This document shows, in pieces, positions 26,020 through 35,088 of a DNA stretch of 64,000 nucleotides. Numbering within the stretch: position 1 is the stretch's first letter; each line of letters starts with the position of its first letter. The translations under genes and the position numbers were made by a program. The notes under the pieces were generated by a model. That model was given only the letters and a program-made list of their open reading frames with translations. It was not told the origin of the DNA and searched no databases. The DNA is from a virus, in IMG/VR virus record IMGVR_UViG_3300043571_000425. The stretch is one strand, 5' to 3'.

Positions 26020-27096
26020 ATGAAATGGGATCTGGAATCTGTTAACGGAAGGCTGAAGGCTGGGAGGATTGGCGTAAAGATTTATCAACGTGGCGACACG
26101 CTCTCACTCCGTGCCACACTACCACCAAAGCCCGGATCACAAAAAACCGCGCCATACCAACAGTATTTGGCATTGGGAATTTACGCCAATGTAGCAGGAC
26201 TACAACGGGCTGAGGCTGAAGCCAAAATCGTAGGGGGATTGTTGGTAACTGGACAATTTGATTGGGGGCGATATTTGGAGTCCGAACCGTCGAACGTGGG
26301 GACGTGCGGTTATTGGATTGAGAAATTTAAAGTTGAATATTTTGCGGCCAACGGAAACGAACCAACCAAACAACAAACATGGAAAGAACATTATCAAAAA
26401 TGTTTTGACCGGCTACCCCATGATGAACCCCTAACCCGTGAAATTTTAATTGCTACTGCTATTCAGACAGAAGCTAACACATGGACCAGGCGAACAGTGT
26501 GCCAAAAGTTTGAGCAATTGGCCAAATTAGCGGACGTGGCGTGTGACCTGAAAAAATACCAAGGCAATTACAGCAGTAACAACCAAGTCATCAAACAACT
26601 GCCGACAGAAGAGGAAATTATTGCCAATAGAGAGAAAATCACAAACCCGTCTTGGCTGTGGGTATTTGGGGCGATCGCCACCTACGGATTACGCCCCCAT
26701 GAGGCGTTATTTTGTGAAATTGAGCAAACAGCACCCTATCGGTGCAAAATCTTGGATGGCAAAACCGGATCTAGGCTGGCTTACCCATTACCTACAGAAT
26801 GGGTAGCAGACTGGCGACTATGGGAGATGAATAAGCCAAGCATCAAAACAGATGGCAGAACTTTTAAGGATATTGGCAACGTAATTTACAAAGCAATAAA
26901 ACGATCTGGCGTAACTTTTGCACCCTATGATCTGCGCCACGCTTGGGCTGTTCGTGCAGCACTAAAATATAAAATCCCTACATCTGTGGCGGCGAAGTGG
27001 ATGGGGCATAGTGTAACCGTACACCTAAAAGAATACCAACGGCATATTACTGATGCAGATCATTTAGAAATATTTGAGAAATTCACAAATAGATAA
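26020..27096 (+). CDS. int: tyrosine recombinase / phage integrase
   Basis: 358 aa. The catalytic-domain signatures GLRPHEAL, YDLRHAWAVRAA (H-x-x-R) and GHSV..HLKEYQRH (C-terminal Tyr region) are present. It lies next to tRNA-like sequence. Confidence 0.9.
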   Translation: MKWDLESVNGRLKAGRIGVKIYQRGDTLSLRATLPPKPGSQKTAPYQQYLALGIYANVAGLQRAEAEAKIVGGLLVTGQFDWGRYLESEPSNVGTCGYWIEKFKVEYFAANGNEPTKQQTWKEHYQKCFDRLPHDEPLTREILIATAIQTEANTWTRRTVCQKFEQLAKLADVACDLKKYQGNYSSNNQVIKQLPTEEEIIANREKITNPSWLWVFGAIATYGLRPHEALFCEIEQTAPYRCKILDGKTGSRLAYPLPTEWVADWRLWEMNKPSIKTDGRTFKDIGNVIYKAIKRSGVTFAPYDLRHAWAVRAALKYKIPTSVAAKWMGHSVTVHLKEYQRHITDADHLEIFEKFTNR

Positions 27097-27130
27097 TTGT
27101 ATAATTAGAGACGATGCAAAAAAAAACGAC

Positions 27131-27745
27131 ATGATTGTGGATATCACTCTTTTGCTGGCTAAATGCAAACAATTCCGCACAGAAGCCGAGATTCTAGTGG
27201 TGTGCGATACTGATGAAACATTATTTGAATTAGTAAAAAAACAACATCAATTAATTCAGTCCCTAACTTCACCTGGAGAACGGTGGGAACGGATTGTTTT
27301 AAGATCGAACGAAGGAGGCGAGAAAACCACTCTCTACCCTCCCAAATTCAATCAGCCTATCGCAATCAAACCTATGGTGCATTCTAGCATACTGGTAATT
27401 CCTGAAGCGGAAATTATCAGTGAGATCATGGAATACCCTAACCCCTCATCTTTGGTACGGCTTGAGGATGATAAGGGGATTTTCACCAATTCCCATACTC
27501 AGAAGAGTTCCGGGACTACCCCTAATAATTGGGTAGGAGCAAAAATGTCTAGCTACTGGATACCAGAAGAATTAGAACGGTACAAGCAACTGCTATTAAA
27601 AGAGAAAGAAGTAAGCAACTTTACCTATGCCGCTTACTTTTTTACTGGCGAGACGGCGCAATTTACCGTAGATGCTAAATTGGTAAATTTCAATGGCGAC
27701 CTGTGCCGTTGGGTTCGCGTTGTTGATTGTCAGATAATCTCCTAG
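27131..27745 (+). CDS. hypothetical protein sharing an N-terminal domain with the C-terminus of 46714-47196
   Basis: ILVVCDTDETLFELVKKQHQLIQSLT....RIVLRS..GEKTTLYP compares with VLVSCESDDILFELVKKQHKMICKLT....RIILIS.KGERTTFYP. The ATG at 27131 is preferred, because 27074 overlaps int. Confidence 0.5.
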   Translation: MIVDITLLLAKCKQFRTEAEILVVCDTDETLFELVKKQHQLIQSLTSPGERWERIVLRSNEGGEKTTLYPPKFNQPIAIKPMVHSSILVIPEAEIISEIMEYPNPSSLVRLEDDKGIFTNSHTQKSSGTTPNNWVGAKMSSYWIPEELERYKQLLLKEKEVSNFTYAAYFFTGETAQFTVDAKLVNFNGDLCRWVRVVDCQIIS

Positions 27746-28319
27746 TATTGCAATAATCAATTAATTCCTCCCGACTATCGAACTTTTCTCCGGTAGTCGG
27801 ATTTTTTAGTGCCATAGACAAAAGCGAAATCAATGCTTCCGTCTCTTCAATGGATGCGGGTAAAATACCGTGCATCAGCGCGGTAAATTGCCCCTCATCA
27901 ATTTTTCTTTTTTGGCAAAATTTCTCCGGTGTGATCCCAGTCGCTTCTAAATGTTGAATTATTAGACTGATCAGGCAATTTACGTCTATCATCTGCTGTG
28001 CCTCTAAGTATTCAGAGTATTTACCAGCTAGTAGGGAAATTAGCCGCTGTTGCTGAATCGGGTCTAATCCCAATGCCATGCCCAGTAAATCCTCCGCCGT
28101 CTTGGGTTTTGCTCCGCCCAACCCCAAGTATTGATCTAATTCAAAGCCTGGACGACAGCCCATAGCTAGACATAAATCAATGTATCTCTCTAACCCTGGG
28201 GAGACTTTTTCTGATTGCCATTCACTCAATGTCCCCTGACTGATTCCAGACTTTTTAGCGGCTTGATTCATGCTAGATGCACGACTACAAACCGATTTTA
28301 TTAATTCACCTAATCTCAT
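27690..28319 (-). CDS. CI-like repressor (XRE-family HTH)
   Basis: From the ATG at 28319 the product is MRLGELIKSV....MNQAAKKSGISQGTLSEWQSEK, an XRE-type HTH. The gene is divergent from an HTH gene, with three operators between them. Confidence 0.7.
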   Translation of the reverse strand: MRLGELIKSVCSRASSMNQAAKKSGISQGTLSEWQSEKVSPGLERYIDLCLAMGCRPGFELDQYLGLGGAKPKTAEDLLGMALGLDPIQQQRLISLLAGKYSEYLEAQQMIDVNCLISLIIQHLEATGITPEKFCQKRKIDEGQFTALMHGILPASIEETEALISLLSMALKNPTTGEKFDSREELIDYCNTRRLSDNQQREPNGTGRH

Positions 28320-28365
28320 ATTTTTAAATTTAAAAACTACTTCCCATTTTCCCACCACCAAGCTA

Positions 28366-28419
28366 CGATAAAGGTATCGAAAGTTTGATAAAGGCATAGA
28401 AAACACGATAAAGGCATAT
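28366..28419. promoter_or_regulatory. three phased operator-like sites
   Basis: The sites are CGATAAAGGTATCG (28366, a perfect palindrome), TGATAAAGGCATAG (28386) and CGATAAAGGCATAT (28406). Their starts are exactly 20 bp apart. Confidence 0.55.
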
Positions 28420-28424
28420 AAACT

Positions 28425-28811
28425 ATGCAAAATAACAGTAACACGGCAGAAAAGGCAATCCATCTCTCTGTAGACAGAGAGGAAATCGTCACAATCTCAA
28501 GGGCTGATTTTGATGCAGTCGTTGAAACGGCTGTATCTAAGGCGGTTGCAGAGTTTGAGGCTATGTTCATCCGCGCTATGGGCAAAGGGACGGGGAAGGG
28601 AGAAAGATGGCTCAATACCGCAGCTGCTGCTGCGGTATTAGGGAAAAGACCAGACCAACTGCGGAGAATGGTCAGAGATGGAAGGCTTAGATTAAATTCT
28701 GAAGTACGGGACGACCGCCCCAAAAACGCCATCAATCCTGTTTATATTTTCGATGTCGAGAAATGCGAGAAACGACTTTTAACCCCTCCCGAAAAACGGG
28801 GGAATAAATGA
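28425..28811 (+). CDS. HTH protein (MerR/excisionase-type), Cro- or Xis-like
   Basis: ERWLNTAAAAAVLGKRPDQLRRMVRDGRL is an HTH_17-like motif. It is the first gene of the rightward early operon. Confidence 0.55.
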   Translation: MQNNSNTAEKAIHLSVDREEIVTISRADFDAVVETAVSKAVAEFEAMFIRAMGKGTGKGERWLNTAAAAAVLGKRPDQLRRMVRDGRLRLNSEVRDDRPKNAINPVYIFDVEKCEKRLLTPPEKRGNK

Positions 28812-29032
28812 AACAATCTGTAAATCAGGAGTTGAATAAAAAGCAAAAGCGGCTTGGTTTTCTGTCTGGTGATGCGCTGTTTGGGGACTATTCCAGAAAT
28901 GATGGAATAGATCCAAATACTGACTACACAACATCATTGATCAGTGGGTTCTTGAGGTCTGTATCATCATTTTCTGATGCTCAAAAACGGCTGATTTATG
29001 AACAACTAATTAAATCAGGATTTACGCCATGA
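28808..29032 (+). CDS. hypothetical small protein
   Basis: ORF track, with a 4-nt overlap with the upstream gene. Confidence 0.5.
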   Translation: MKQSVNQELNKKQKRLGFLSGDALFGDYSRNDGIDPNTDYTTSLISGFLRSVSSFSDAQKRLIYEQLIKSGFTP

Positions 29033-29211
29033 ATCCTGAGATTGAATGGGAACTTTTTGAGTTTGTCCAAACCGAAAAATCATGGAATGAGATTTGCCTC
29101 AAAATCAATGAGCCACTGCCATTAATTGCTATTGCACTCAAGCAATTAATGGACAACGGGAAGATAGTACAAACAGCGAAGGAAGACAATATTTATTATG
29201 CCAAGAAATAA
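29029..29211 (+). CDS. small winged-helix-like protein
   Basis: ORF track, with overlapping start and stop. ALKQLMDNGKIV is typical of a wHTH wing region. Confidence 0.5.
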   Translation: MNPEIEWELFEFVQTEKSWNEICLKINEPLPLIAIALKQLMDNGKIVQTAKEDNIYYAKK

Positions 29212-29485
29212 CATGATTAACGACAGAATAATAACTGAATTACGCAAGGGTGATATGTTTGCCCACGAAATTAAAGCAGCTCTGAATATTGGATACTCCG
29301 AACTTTGGGAAGCGATAAAGCAGCTAGAGTCAGAGGGGTTAATCCGCCGATATTTCCGTGAGACTCCGCCAAGCGCGACACTGTGCTACTGCTTATCGAG
29401 TAATCGAGAAGTGCCTTTATCGGTTCGATGGAATCAGGGGATAAAGCCTTGGACACCCGCAGCTAAACCAAGGGTAAGACCATGA
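29198..29485 (+). CDS. winged-helix DNA-binding-like protein
   Basis: RIITELRKGDMFAHEIKAALNIGYSELWEAIKQLESEGLIRR is a MarR/ArsR-like wHTH pattern. Confidence 0.5.
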   Translation: MPRNNMINDRIITELRKGDMFAHEIKAALNIGYSELWEAIKQLESEGLIRRYFRETPPSATLCYCLSSNREVPLSVRWNQGIKPWTPAAKPRVRP

Positions 29486-29584
29486 GTATAGGCGTTTATT
29501 TATGGAGCTTAGGAATAACAATTGCTGCGCTTGACGCAATACTATTATTCATTCTAGGAATCTTGTTTTTAATGTTAAATAGGA

Positions 29585-29893
29585 GTGGGTATGATCAAGA
29601 TAGAAGAATTTGAATTAACAGAAACAGAACTCATTGAACCAACATTTTTACAGCAATTAACGGCAACTTTAAAGTGTTGGCAATGGGGCGCGATGCACAG
29701 CCCAAGATTCAATGATTTTTACATCGGACTGAATCAAACACCAATTGATTTTTATGTTATTGGTAACGGTAGATTTTTGACAATTGCAGCTACATTTTAC
29801 CGTCGTATTTGGTTCATGACTTGCATCCCACTTTCAGCTATTAGTCAATATCAACAAGCCACAAAATCAGACACTTCATTGATTTGGAAATAG
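29585..29893 (+). CDS. hypothetical protein
   Basis: ORF track. The ATG at 29591 is an alternative start. Confidence 0.45.
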   Translation: MGMIKIEEFELTETELIEPTFLQQLTATLKCWQWGAMHSPRFNDFYIGLNQTPIDFYVIGNGRFLTIAATFYRRIWFMTCIPLSAISQYQQATKSDTSLIWK

Positions 29894-29908
29894 CTTCATT
29901 TTGTCCAC

Positions 29909-29930
29909 AGCTATCGTATTAACGATAGCT
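29909..29930. promoter_or_regulatory. perfect palindrome (9-bp arms), hairpin or operator
   Basis: AGCTATCGT-ATTA-ACGATAGCT. It contains CGATA/TATCG half-sites like the immunity operators. Confidence 0.4.
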
Positions 29931-29949
29931 ATATCACTTTACTAAAATC

Positions 29950-30456
29950 ATGATTTACACCTCATACTACGGCGGCAGACAAATAGGGACTTCTGTCTGC
30001 ATTTCCATTACCCAAAAACAGGGGTATAATTTCCAGAATTTACCGCTATTCAAGCCTTCAAACGATTTATTCAAATATTGGAAAGCCTCTAAGAAAGATG
30101 TTGCAGCCGAGAAGCATTACACCGATGTTTTTATGGCAAGCTTATCTACCGAAGATGCGGATAAGGCAATTGATACTTGGCTACATTTAATCGCTAAAAG
30201 AGGTGATGATGTTACTTTAAACTGTCATGAAATCAAGGGTTTCTGTCACCGTCATTTAGTAGGAGAAATTATCAAATCAAAACGCCCTGAACTATGGGGC
30301 GGAGAGGTCGAAACGACCAATAAAATATCGATCAGCGATGCAAGTTGGGAAGATATTTTTGGCAATCATTATGAAATTATTTTTGACAATAGACCGATCA
30401 AAGAAGAAGCCCCAGCGGTTGTATCTAAAGTCGCAGCGGGACGGGGTAAAAGATAA
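29950..30456 (+). CDS. DUF488-like protein
   Basis: MIYTSYYG... at the N-terminus and VTLNCHE..GFCHRHLVGEII resemble the DUF488 pattern (L.C.E....CHR..). This is a weak call. Confidence 0.45.
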   Translation: MIYTSYYGGRQIGTSVCISITQKQGYNFQNLPLFKPSNDLFKYWKASKKDVAAEKHYTDVFMASLSTEDADKAIDTWLHLIAKRGDDVTLNCHEIKGFCHRHLVGEIIKSKRPELWGGEVETTNKISISDASWEDIFGNHYEIIFDNRPIKEEAPAVVSKVAAGRGKR

Positions 30457-30458
30457 TC

Positions 30459-31661
30459 ATGTCAAGCCCGCAACAGGTTTTGGATTTTATCAAGCGCAAT
30501 GACGGCATTGTTAAGTTGCGGGAATTAAGGCATTTTCCGCAACAATTACTTAATAGATTGGAGCGCAATCAATCTATTGAAGTAGTAAAAATTGATGGCG
30601 ATTGGCAAGTACGTATTAATTCTGTATTTGACAAAAAGACAAGTGAATCACCTGCCACAATTAACGAAAAGAAACATCAATCTGAGTCGAAACATCAATC
30701 TGAGTCGAAACATCAATCTGAGTCGAAACATCAATCTGAGTCGAAACATCAATCTGAGTCGAAACATCAATCTGAGTCGAAACATCAATCTGAGTCGAAA
30801 CATCAATCTAAGTCAACCCGTAAAGATTGCGCCCAAAAGCCAAGAACTCAGAAGAGGTTAACCAAAATCACTCCCCAGGTTGTTCCAAATCCGAAACCAT
30901 TGCGACAAAGGAAGCCCATACAGAAGAAACCAACAACTTGTGCAAAACCCAAAAAAATAAGGATAAAACCAAAGCGTGGGTACGTATATTCTAGGGAGAA
31001 AATACTGAATCTTCTTGCAACGTCAGAAAAAGCACTGACCGCAAGAGAGATAGGAGAAAGTGGATTATGTGGGTACAAAACATCTATCTACAAAACACTA
31101 AATCGGTTAATAGAGCTTGGCGATATTGTCGCCTCTTCTGATAAGGCTAAAAACAGAGTATTCATTGACAAGGACCGAGTTCATTTATTGCAAATTAAGC
31201 GAACTGTCAGAGGGCGTGAATTTGTCCAGATGAACCGAAACAGGGTTTTAAGCTACATAAAGAAAGAAGGCAGGATACTTAAAATTGCTGATGTAGTAAC
31301 CGCAACAAATATCACGAAGAGAACAGCAATCAGGATAGTGATTTTTTGGGGAGAGGCAGGGGATCTCACTCTAATTAGAGACTCCGAAAGGGGGAATAGA
31401 TTACATTTTGTACCATCAGAGAATGCTGAATTGGTAACGGAACTGATGCAATTAAACGAATTATCTACCGCCAATCAAGTTAGGAAAATCCTAGAATCTA
31501 CCAATAGGGGCGTGTCTATTGGCGATGTGTTGGTAGCAATCGGCAAAGGACGGAGAAATGGCGGTTGCTACAAATACATTAAGAAATTATTCAAGCAATG
31601 GGGATGTAAGACTTATCGGCAAGGCTGCGGACTTTATTATTATCTTGACGGGAAAATATGA
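30459..31661 (+). CDS. multi-winged-helix DNA-binding-like protein with (KHQSES)n linker
   Basis: 400 aa. Several wHTH-like segments (e.g. ILNLLATSEKALTAREIGE..., VLSYIKKEGRILKIADV) are separated by a repeat and a basic K/P-rich tract. Confidence 0.6.
   Translation: MSSPQQVLDFIKRNDGIVKLRELRHFPQQLLNRLERNQSIEVVKIDGDWQVRINSVFDKKTSESPATINEKKHQSESKHQSESKHQSESKHQSESKHQSESKHQSESKHQSESKHQSKSTRKDCAQKPRTQKRLTKITPQVVPNPKPLRQRKPIQKKPTTCAKPKKIRIKPKRGYVYSREKILNLLATSEKALTAREIGESGLCGYKTSIYKTLNRLIELGDIVASSDKAKNRVFIDKDRVHLLQIKRTVRGREFVQMNRNRVLSYIKKEGRILKIADVVTATNITKRTAIRIVIFWGEAGDLTLIRDSERGNRLHFVPSENAELVTELMQLNELSTANQVRKILESTNRGVSIGDVLVAIGKGRRNGGCYKYIKKLFKQWGCKTYRQGCGLYYYLDGKI
30672..30815 (+). repeat. 18-bp tandem repeat, 7 perfect plus 1 degenerate unit, in frame
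   Basis: The unit is AAACATCAATCTGAGTCG, counted directly. It encodes KHQSES. Confidence 0.9.
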
Positions 31662-31897
31662 ATAAAAGTTGTTTAAGTTGCGTGTGGTCGCAATTTGTCA
31701 TTGAAAAGTATGACGGATTGTACAGCTATGAAGGTGACTGCCACCATTACGAACGTGGGTTCAATCCTCCCAACCCCGTTCATCACATCCGCAGCGATGA
31801 TCAAGGGGAACTCAGAGAATTGGTAAAGCCGATTTTTGAGACTACGGCTAATAATTGTGAATATTACGAGCAAGCGGGAATAGGACAACCAGAATAG
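31658..31897 (+). CDS. Cys/His-rich small protein
   Basis: ORF track, with a 4-nt overlap with the upstream gene. Confidence 0.5.
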   Translation: MNKSCLSCVWSQFVIEKYDGLYSYEGDCHHYERGFNPPNPVHHIRSDDQGELRELVKPIFETTANNCEYYEQAGIGQPE

Positions 31898-31905
31898 AGT
31901 CACAG

Positions 31906-31928
31906 ACGGGTTAACAGCCCGTTTTTTA
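31906..31928 (+). terminator. rho-independent terminator
   Basis: ACGGG(31906-31910)/CCCGT(31918-31922) is followed by TTTTTTATTT. Confidence 0.6.
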
Positions 31929-31968
31929 TTTCTTATTGGTAAATCAATAACAGATATATAGATAGCTG

Positions 31969-31997
31969 TTGACAGAAAGACGGTAAGATGTTATCGT
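31969..31997 (+). promoter_or_regulatory. sigma70-type promoter
   Basis: TTGACA (31969-31974), a 17-nt spacer, then TATCGT (31992-31997). It lies upstream of 32020. Confidence 0.5.
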
Positions 31998-32019
31998 ATT
32001 TATATTGAGTTAGGGATAG

Positions 32020-32226
32020 ATGAAAGTGAAATGCAAGCTACGAGAAATCATGGAAGAGAAGGAACTGACTCAGTTAGAGGTTGCCGGAAAAACTGGCTTG
32101 AGTCCTACCATAATCGGGCGTTTATACCACAATCGGTTTAGCCGATTGGACAACCAAACAGTTGCTAAATTGTGCGGTTTTTTTGGGCTGTCACTAGGCG
32201 AAATGTTCTACCTGACCAACGACTAA
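32020..32226 (+). CDS. XRE-family HTH regulator (Cro/C1-type)
   Basis: LREIMEEKELTQLEVAGKTGLSPTIIGRLYHNR is a classic HTH_3 pattern. 68 aa. Confidence 0.75.
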   Translation: MKVKCKLREIMEEKELTQLEVAGKTGLSPTIIGRLYHNRFSRLDNQTVAKLCGFFGLSLGEMFYLTND

Positions 32227-32316
32227 TAGACTGGTAATTCATCGGCGTGTTGCAGTGTTTTCGTGTGCCTATAGTTATTGAAAAGTCAATAACTTAATTA
32301 ACTTCCTGATAAATTC

Positions 32317-33576
32317 ATGGCAAAACATCTAATAAGGCATTACGGGAAATACATTTATCGTCACGAGGACTACCAGGCAATTTGTCAAGGCGATGACTGT
32401 GCATCCCAAATACTTAGTCTTTTCGAGTTCTGGACTATTTGCAGAATAGAAGAGATTAGGCGAATAGAAAGCTATAACGAGCAAAACAAAAGGGGGAATA
32501 CGCCTTTATTGCAATCACCCGGTCTATGGCTATACGAAACAACGAGCGACATAAGCGATGGTATGCTCAACGCCTATGGTGATTCATCTATCAGAAAATC
32601 ATTGAAAAAGCTTATTGCATGGGAGTTTATTGAATCTCGAAAATCAAAAAACGACTTTGACAGAACCAAAGAATACAAGTTCAATACTGAGTTGATTCAA
32701 TCATCGCTAGATCAGTGGTGGAACGCTCAAAACATTGAAAAATCCGATCCGGTAAAAACAACGCACGAGCCGTTAGAAAAAACGTTGGAAACAGTAAAAA
32801 CAACGTACGAGCCGTTAGAAAAAACGTACGAGCCGTTGAATTTAACGACTGATCTATATTCTCTAAACAGTCTTAATAAACAATCTCTTTTAACAGAGGG
32901 CGTTGAGAGCGAAATTTCAAATACCGAAGACCCCACACCTAAGACAAATCCCCTCTTAGTCAAAAATCCAAAATCTTCGGTTTCACAAATAACCCATCCT
33001 AAAGACGGGTGTTCCGCCGCCGCGCTTCAAAACATTTACACATCTTGCGAAGATGTGTATGAGTTAATAGACCTGTTTTTGCTAAGTCCAGAAACATCTG
33101 ACGCGACACCACCAAGGGAAATGATGTCTGTGTTCTGCGAGAAAGCGAAATGGCACGGGTGGGTTCTGCCTTGGCGGTCAAGCAAAATGCACCGTGAGTT
33201 CCAAAACTGCAACCCTGAGATTGTGAAAAAATTAGCCGCTGATTTGGCGAGAAGAGACAAGGCGACACCGGATCAGAAGTATGGACACGCCATAGCAACT
33301 ATCAATCAGTGGGAGAAAAGCAAAGGCGGTTGGGTGAATTTAATGGCTTTATGCGATAGACCGGTTTCCGATGAACCAAACTTATCGGAGATATCACCAG
33401 AGTTATCAATTCCCCAATACATCAGGGATTGGTACGAGGCACAGCACGAATATCAGTATCGGACTCAATACCTCAAAAGCCCGTCTCTTACTGAATTTTT
33501 CGCAGGGAAGGACAACCAGGTTTGGTATCAGTTTGCCAAAGAGAAATTCCCCTCATGGGATTGGTCAAAAGTTTGA
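32317..33576 (+). CDS. putative replication initiator / helicase-loading protein
   Basis: It lies directly upstream of dnaB and contains internal iteron-like DNA repeats (as the lambda O gene does). No diagnostic motif was recognised. Confidence 0.5.
   Translation: MAKHLIRHYGKYIYRHEDYQAICQGDDCASQILSLFEFWTICRIEEIRRIESYNEQNKRGNTPLLQSPGLWLYETTSDISDGMLNAYGDSSIRKSLKKLIAWEFIESRKSKNDFDRTKEYKFNTELIQSSLDQWWNAQNIEKSDPVKTTHEPLEKTLETVKTTYEPLEKTYEPLNLTTDLYSLNSLNKQSLLTEGVESEISNTEDPTPKTNPLLVKNPKSSVSQITHPKDGCSAAALQNIYTSCEDVYELIDLFLLSPETSDATPPREMMSVFCEKAKWHGWVLPWRSSKMHREFQNCNPEIVKKLAADLARRDKATPDQKYGHAIATINQWEKSKGGWVNLMALCDRPVSDEPNLSEISPELSIPQYIRDWYEAQHEYQYRTQYLKSPSLTEFFAGKDNQVWYQFAKEKFPSWDWSKV
32752..32840. 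repeat. iteron-like direct repeats (candidate origin)
   Basis: GTAAAAACAACG(C/T)ACGAGCCGTTAGAAAAAACG occurs at 32752 and 32794, with a partial third copy ACGTACGAGCCGTT at 32824. Core spacings are 42 and 21 bp, and an AT-rich stretch follows. Confidence 0.5.
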
Positions 33577-33601
33577 ATCTTAAAATCAAGGATAAGGCAT
33601 C

Positions 33602-35014
33602 ATGTTTACTTCAAATGAGTTAGACTTCGCTCCCAACGGGTACGACCGCTTGCCACCCCAAAATATAGAGGCTGAGGAAGTAATTTTAGGCGGGATACTA
33701 TTAGACCCTGAAGCAATAACCAGAATTTGCGACCGATTACCGGCAGAAGCGTTTTACATTGATTGCCACGCAACGATTTATAGAGCAATGCTGGATCTTC
33801 ATTCAAAAGGAAAGCCAACTGACCTTTTAAGCGTGACATCTTACCTGTCAGACAGAATTGATCCTCGCACCAAGGAAAGCCAACTAAAATCAATTGGTGG
33901 CAGAAATAAAATGGCCACCTTGATTGACCGCACTGTATCAGCGGTAAATATTGATTCTCTATCAGGATTGGTTTACGAGAAATATCTCAGGCGGGAATTG
34001 ATCCGAATTTCCCACCGCAATATCAAGCTTGCCTACAGCACAGAAATTGAACTTCCAAAGATTCTGGAAGAAGCCCAAAAATCAGTATTTGATCTGACTC
34101 AATCCCAATCCGATGAGCGCCCTGAATTACTTCATGTGTCAGTGGCTATGCAAGAAATGTACTCCGATATGGAGAAAAAACTATCAGGCGAAGCCGTCCC
34201 AATCCAGTCAGGATTTTATGATCTCGATGCTCTAACTAGTGGCTTTGAGCCTAATCAATTTGTAGTGATTGGCGGAAGGCCTGCGATGGGGAAAACAGCG
34301 ATTGGGGTAGATATCGCCTGGAATATTGCATCTAAGCAAAATAATCAACACAAACCTGTATTTTTCTTCTCACTAGAAATGGACAGAAGACAGTTGGCGC
34401 GGCGGTTGACAACTCGATTATCAGGGGTAGAAGGTGCGCGACTAAAAACACCGAAGATCATGAATGACGATAATTGGACGCGAATATTAATGGCGATAGA
34501 GACATCCGAAGAATCAAAGTTATACATCTGCGATCATTCTCAAATGGATATGTTTGATATTACTGGCAGTATCCGCCGATTAATAGCACGAACTGGAGAA
34601 AAGCCCGGTGCAATTTTTGTTGACCATATCCACATCTTGGCAGGGACAGAAGAGGATGCAAAAGATGAGCAATCAAAAATATCAAAAGCGTCAAGGTTGT
34701 TGAAGAATCTATCATCAGAGTCAACTGGTTTTGGATGCCCTGTATTTGGTTTAGCTCAATTAAATAGAGCGGTTGAATCAAGACAGAGTAAACGCCCAAT
34801 GTTGAGCGACTTAAGATCGTCCGGCTCACTGGAACAGGATGCAGATTTTGTATTCTTGCTTTACAGAGATGAATACTACAATCCTGATACCCCAGATAGA
34901 GGAATTGGGGAGGTGATTGTAGCTAAGGGACGTGATTCTGGAACAGGAACAATCAAGCTTTTGTACGATGCCCCGATGGCTCAATTCAAGAATTTATCCA
35001 AACCACAATACTAG
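33602..35014 (+). CDS. dnaB: replicative DNA helicase DnaB
   Basis: The N-terminus is PPQNIEAEEVILGGILLDPEAI. Walker A is GGRPAMGKTA, and LSLEM, FVDHIH and SGSLEQDADFV are C-terminal RecA-like motifs. Confidence 0.9.
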   Translation: MFTSNELDFAPNGYDRLPPQNIEAEEVILGGILLDPEAITRICDRLPAEAFYIDCHATIYRAMLDLHSKGKPTDLLSVTSYLSDRIDPRTKESQLKSIGGRNKMATLIDRTVSAVNIDSLSGLVYEKYLRRELIRISHRNIKLAYSTEIELPKILEEAQKSVFDLTQSQSDERPELLHVSVAMQEMYSDMEKKLSGEAVPIQSGFYDLDALTSGFEPNQFVVIGGRPAMGKTAIGVDIAWNIASKQNNQHKPVFFFSLEMDRRQLARRLTTRLSGVEGARLKTPKIMNDDNWTRILMAIETSEESKLYICDHSQMDMFDITGSIRRLIARTGEKPGAIFVDHIHILAGTEEDAKDEQSKISKASRLLKNLSSESTGFGCPVFGLAQLNRAVESRQSKRPMLSDLRSSGSLEQDADFVFLLYRDEYYNPDTPDRGIGEVIVAKGRDSGTGTIKLLYDAPMAQFKNLSKPQY

Positions 35015-35088
35015 CCATAAATAGCGACAATGTTGGCTGATCTGTCAACATCAAAGTTCATGAATTTATCCAAACCCAAATATTAACC

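Noticed and set aside
28337-28735. 132-aa minus-strand ORF spanning the switch region
   Set aside because: It runs across the operator region and antisense to the 28425 HTH gene. The repressor is better explained by the ATG at 28319.
30672-30815. Regular short repeats that could be mistaken for a CRISPR array near a Cas-like system
   Set aside because: The units are 18 bp, contiguous with no spacers, and in frame within a long ORF (KHQSES repeats). No repeat-spacer architecture was seen anywhere in the window.
32727-33298. Minus-strand ORFs of 74-99 aa
   Set aside because: They are antisense within the long initiator-like gene 32317-33576.
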